64,000 bases of DNA from the human T2T-CHM13v2.0 reference genome, Homo sapiens. The stretch's first letter is position 1; the number at the start of each line of letters is the position of its first letter. Under the pieces are notes generated by a model that saw only the letters and a program-made list of their open reading frames with translations, searched no databases and had not been told where the DNA came from. Made by a program: the position numbers and the translations under genes. Below, in pieces: positions 60,547 through 64,000 of the stretch. The stretch lies in NCBI RefSeq assembly GCF_009914755.1, contig NC_060929.1; one strand, given 5' to 3'.

Positions 60547-60815
60547 AGACGAAGTTTCACTCTTATTGCCCAGCTGGAGTGCAATGGCACAATCTCAGCT
60601 CACCACAACCTCTGCCTCCTGAGTTCAAACAATTCTCCTGCCTCAGCCTCCCCAGTAGCTAGGACTACAGGCATGTGCCACAATGCCTGGCTAATTTTGG
60701 ATTTTTAGTAGAGATGGTGTTTCTCCATGTTGGTCAGGCTGGTCTCGAACTCCTGACCTCAAGTATTCCACCCACCTGGGCCTCCTAAAGTGCTGGGATT
60801 ACAGGCATGAGCCAC
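60510..60815 (-). mobile_element. AluSp-like SINE with a long poly-T
   Basis: gtttcactcttattgcc, caatggc, caccacaacc, tttctccatgttggtcagg. Confidence 0.92.
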
Positions 60816-60884
60816 TTAGACAACACTTGTTCTTAATATAGTGAATGAGGAAGGGGTCACTGTGAACAGCTTAATGATCACCCT

Positions 60885-62682
60885 TATATTAGTCTGCTCA
60901 AGCAATCATACCAAAATGCCATAGACTGGTGGCTTAAACAAGAGAAATTCATTTTCTCAAAGTTCTGGAGGCTGGAAGTCTGATATCAAAGTTCTAGCAG
61001 GGCTTGGCTCCTGGTGAAACTCCTCCTCTATGTGTTCTCACATGCAGAGAGAGTGAGGTCTGGTGTCTTCTTCTTCATATAAAGACATCAGCCCTATTGG
61101 ATTAAGGCCCCACCCTTATTACCTCTTTTTGTTATGGGATCTTTGGGGTGTCACTTTCCTGGCCAGAAACCTCTGTGACCAGTGGTGCCACTGAGAGAGT
61201 TCTTGTCCTGTGTCCAGGAAGAATGAGATATGCAGACAAGTGGAGGGTGAATAAGACGAAGATGAGCTTTATTGAGTGTTACAACAGCTTAGAGGAGACC
61301 CACAGTAGGAAGCCCCTCTTTGTAGACAGGTCATCTGGAGTGTCCAGCTATCAGCAGAGAGGAGGCCCTGGAGAGGGTGAGTCCTCTCTGCACTGCCAGC
61401 AGGTCGTCCCTTTGTCTCCAGCTATCAGTGGAGACAGTATCTCCTCTCTGGAGCTGATAACCCATAGTTTCTGCATCCTCTGCCCTGCTCTGCTTGAACC
61501 CGGGGCTTTTATGGGCCTCAGCGGGTGAAGTACATATTGAATGGTCCATGGGAAGCTGTGGGCAGGCCTAGGAAGAAGCACCATGAGTTTTCCCTCCCTT
61601 CTGCAGGACTGGCAGGCCAGACCCAGGCATCAGGACTATGCCGGCTGGAAGATGTGGCTTCACTGGGCACCTGCCCCCTTCTGCCCAGGAACCTGTCTCC
61701 CGGGGCCATCCATGGCATCCAGGCTGCTGGCACCATGGGGCACCTGCAGGCCAGCACCCAGCCTCCCTCAGCCCCCACTCAGCTTCCTTTCCTGCACTCT
61801 TCCGTTCCCAAAGTCCAGAGGGGGGCAAAGCAGCAGGGCGCTAACATGTCAGGACTGCCCCAAGCGTGCGCACACCCAGCAGGGCTCTGACAGTCCCCCA
61901 GGCTTGGCCCCAACTCCGCTTAGAGATGGGAGCTGGTGCCGGTAGTGGGGAGACGCCAGGCAGCAGGAGCAGGCACCTGTGTGCCTGCAAGGGTACAGGG
62001 ATTCCTGGGTTTTCAGCCCCGGTTTGGGCAGCTGCAGCTGTGCAAATGGGGGTGGGGGAATGGCGGCCAGGCTCCCGCCTGCTCCGTGGAGTGGGAGGCC
62101 AGGATCTGCAGCCACGACTTGGGCGGCTGCAGTCCCACCCAGGAGGGCAGGGCTGTGTGCCTACTCCCGGCTCCTGAGAGCACGGGGGTGCCAGGGTTGC
62201 AGCCTTGCCTTGAGCAGCCTGCTGTTGCAACTAGGGAGCTTCCATCCAGACAACTTGGAAGGGGCAGGGTTCATGCTTGTCCATGGCTTGCCCGGCTCCA
62301 TGGAGCACCACACTCGGCTGTGCACCCTCACAGCCTGGGACAGTGTCTCCTTTTCCTTGCTGGGCCTGGGGCAGGGGCAACATTGCCCTGAGCTCCCCCT
62401 GTGGCCCCAGCACTCATGGGTGGCCGGAGCTTCTCCCTCGCCCAGTGGCACAACCTGGCCTGGCCCCATCGCAGCGGCCTTGCTGGAGTGGGAGCTGTCT
62501 GCCTCCTCCCCGTGCCCTCCCAGCAGTGGCCTGCATGATGGCAACAGTGCACCAGACAGCCCACCGCTGTCATCAGTTTAACTTTAGCTTTTTATTTCAA
62601 TTTAGTCACATTGTGAATTAAGGCTTCAACATATAGATTCGGTGGGTGGGGATGGGGAAGACACAATTCAGCCAACAGTAAC
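60885..62682 (-). mobile_element. MLT1A-like MaLR LTR split by MER52 (parts at about 60885-61129 and 62576-62682)
   Basis: tattagtctgctc...ggcttaaacaagagaaatt...gttctggaggctggaagtc...ggccccacccttattacctc, resuming at tttaac...agtcacattg...ggcttcaacatat...gacacaattcagcc. Confidence 0.8.
61130..62575 (-). mobile_element. MER52-family ERV1 solo LTR (GC-rich, about 1.45 kb)
   Basis: tgttatgggatctttggggtgtcacttt...ccaccgctgtcatca; TG..CA ends; aataaa on the - strand at about 61268. Confidence 0.85.
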
Positions 62683-63334
62683 CCTACACAGAATATCGTG
62701 GCAGAATCCAGCTTCTGAATTATGGCATATTGGTGTGAATAAAACACATCAGCAGACTGTGTTAATCAGGTTTCACATTAACCGGCTATTGCTAACATCA
62801 AAAATGATCAGCACAATTTGCTACACATTTTAGAAAAATACACGTCTTTCCATATTATAACCAGCAGAAATTCTTCATTACTGGTGACATAAGGTCTTTG
62901 ACAAATGAAAGAGCTTTTCTGTATGAAAACTTAGGGCAAAGGAGGAAAAAAAGATAAAATATTATATATCTTTATTCATGTTTGTTTTACGCAGGATGTG
63001 AAAACATTTTGCCTTCAAACAGGTATCTGAATATATTTTTAAATGATTTTAGCACTTTTGAGGATAACTTGGAAAAGGTTTTATTCTAGAAAATTGAAAT
63101 AAAATGCACTTTAGTGATTTTAGTGACCTAAATTTGCTTTAGCAATTACAGTGATTACAGTGCCTGATGACTCTGTTAGCTTTGAGGACCAACTCTTACT
63201 CTCTTCTTTCTAGGTTGCTAGGGAAACCATTTAGGGAAGGAAAGGATGTTGAGAAGAGGCCATTGCTTTGCAACTTTCTTGCCTCATAATTAACTTAAAT
63301 GCAGGAAGATACAGCTGACAAAATTCTGCAAAGC

Positions 63335-63870
63335 TGTTAATTGAGCAAACTCAGGAGAAACTTGAGAATTACATAGACTTTCAATTATTTTTTTTAACAA
63401 GTAAACAAAGCCAAGACCTCCAGGAACACACCTGTGGTTAGGCAAGTTAGGTGAACACATACCAGGGAGAATCGTGGGTGTCTCAGGAGGAATGTTAAAA
63501 TGAACCTATTATAGGATTTGGATTTGGGTAAGTAATTCGGGGAGGTTCTAAGAAGTTTGCTCTGGATTAGATGTTGTTAGAAAGCTGGAGGTTGATGAGG
63601 TAAAAAAAAAAAATAGCAGTCACTCATTTAGCAGAGAGCAGGGAGTATATGCCATTCTCGGGTGGCACAGTGACCTTGTTTTTGTCTCTGCTTCAACAGA
63701 ATTATAAGGTGGCTTTGCTTTGTTTCACTCTGTCTTACTATAGTCTCAGAGTAACCTTGTCTGAGGTTCGTATTCTGATAATGTTTATGTCCAACAGGAG
63801 AATAGCCTGTTCCAGCTGTGAGTGTTAGGCCAACTTCTAGATGTCAGGAGACACTTTCCCCTCCACCTCA
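63335..63870 (-). mobile_element. MER67-family ERV1 LTR
   Basis: - strand CCTGACATCTAGAAGTTGGCCTAACACTCACAGCT...TTCTCCTGTTGGACATAAACA...CAGACAAGGTTACTCTGAGAC. Family name from recall. Confidence 0.7.
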
Positions 63871-63951
63871 AATGTTACTTGCACAACATTCTGATGGATG
63901 ATATAATGTATTGAACCTGTCTATGACATTACCTACATAGTGGAACACTTC

Positions 63952-64000
63952 AATTTACTTATTTTTTATTTATTTATTTATCTTGAGACAGACCCTCGCT
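63952..64000 (-). mobile_element. Alu 3' end, runs off the window
   Basis: (TTTA)n followed by tgagacagaccctcgct. Confidence 0.8.

Noticed and set aside
61148-62621. Dense overlapping ORFs up to 200 aa in a GC-rich island
   Set aside because: They lie entirely within a MER52 LTR. High GC suppresses stops and there is no domain similarity.

Overview
Primate (human or closely related hominoid) genomic DNA, gene-poor and dominated by interspersed repeats: Alu (Y, Sp, Sq, Sc, Sz/J), a 2.3 kb 5'-truncated L1PA2/3, many old L1M/L2/MIR/MER5 fragments, MaLR LTRs (THE1, MST, MLT1) and ERV LTRs (MER4A, MER34, MER52, MER67, LTR16, LTR32-like). I see no intact protein-coding gene. Almost all ORFs in the supplied track are repeat-derived or chance. 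Two things stand out. (1) An isolated, diverged 205-nt copy of one semaphorin-5A (SEMA5A) Sema-domain exon at 42651-42855 (- strand). It is still bounded by AG/GT and has no stop or indel, and no neighbouring exons are recognisable. (2) A HERV-H provirus (5' LTR7, His PBS, gag) that is cut near the end of gag. The breakpoint is fused to a 63-bp MER4A LTR piece and then to a short ancient mitochondrial insert (tRNA-Pro/control-region NUMT), which looks like a compound break-repair scar. Family and subfamily names and the SEMA5A/mtDNA comparisons are from recalled sequences, not database searches. I found no evidence for a new multi-gene biological system.
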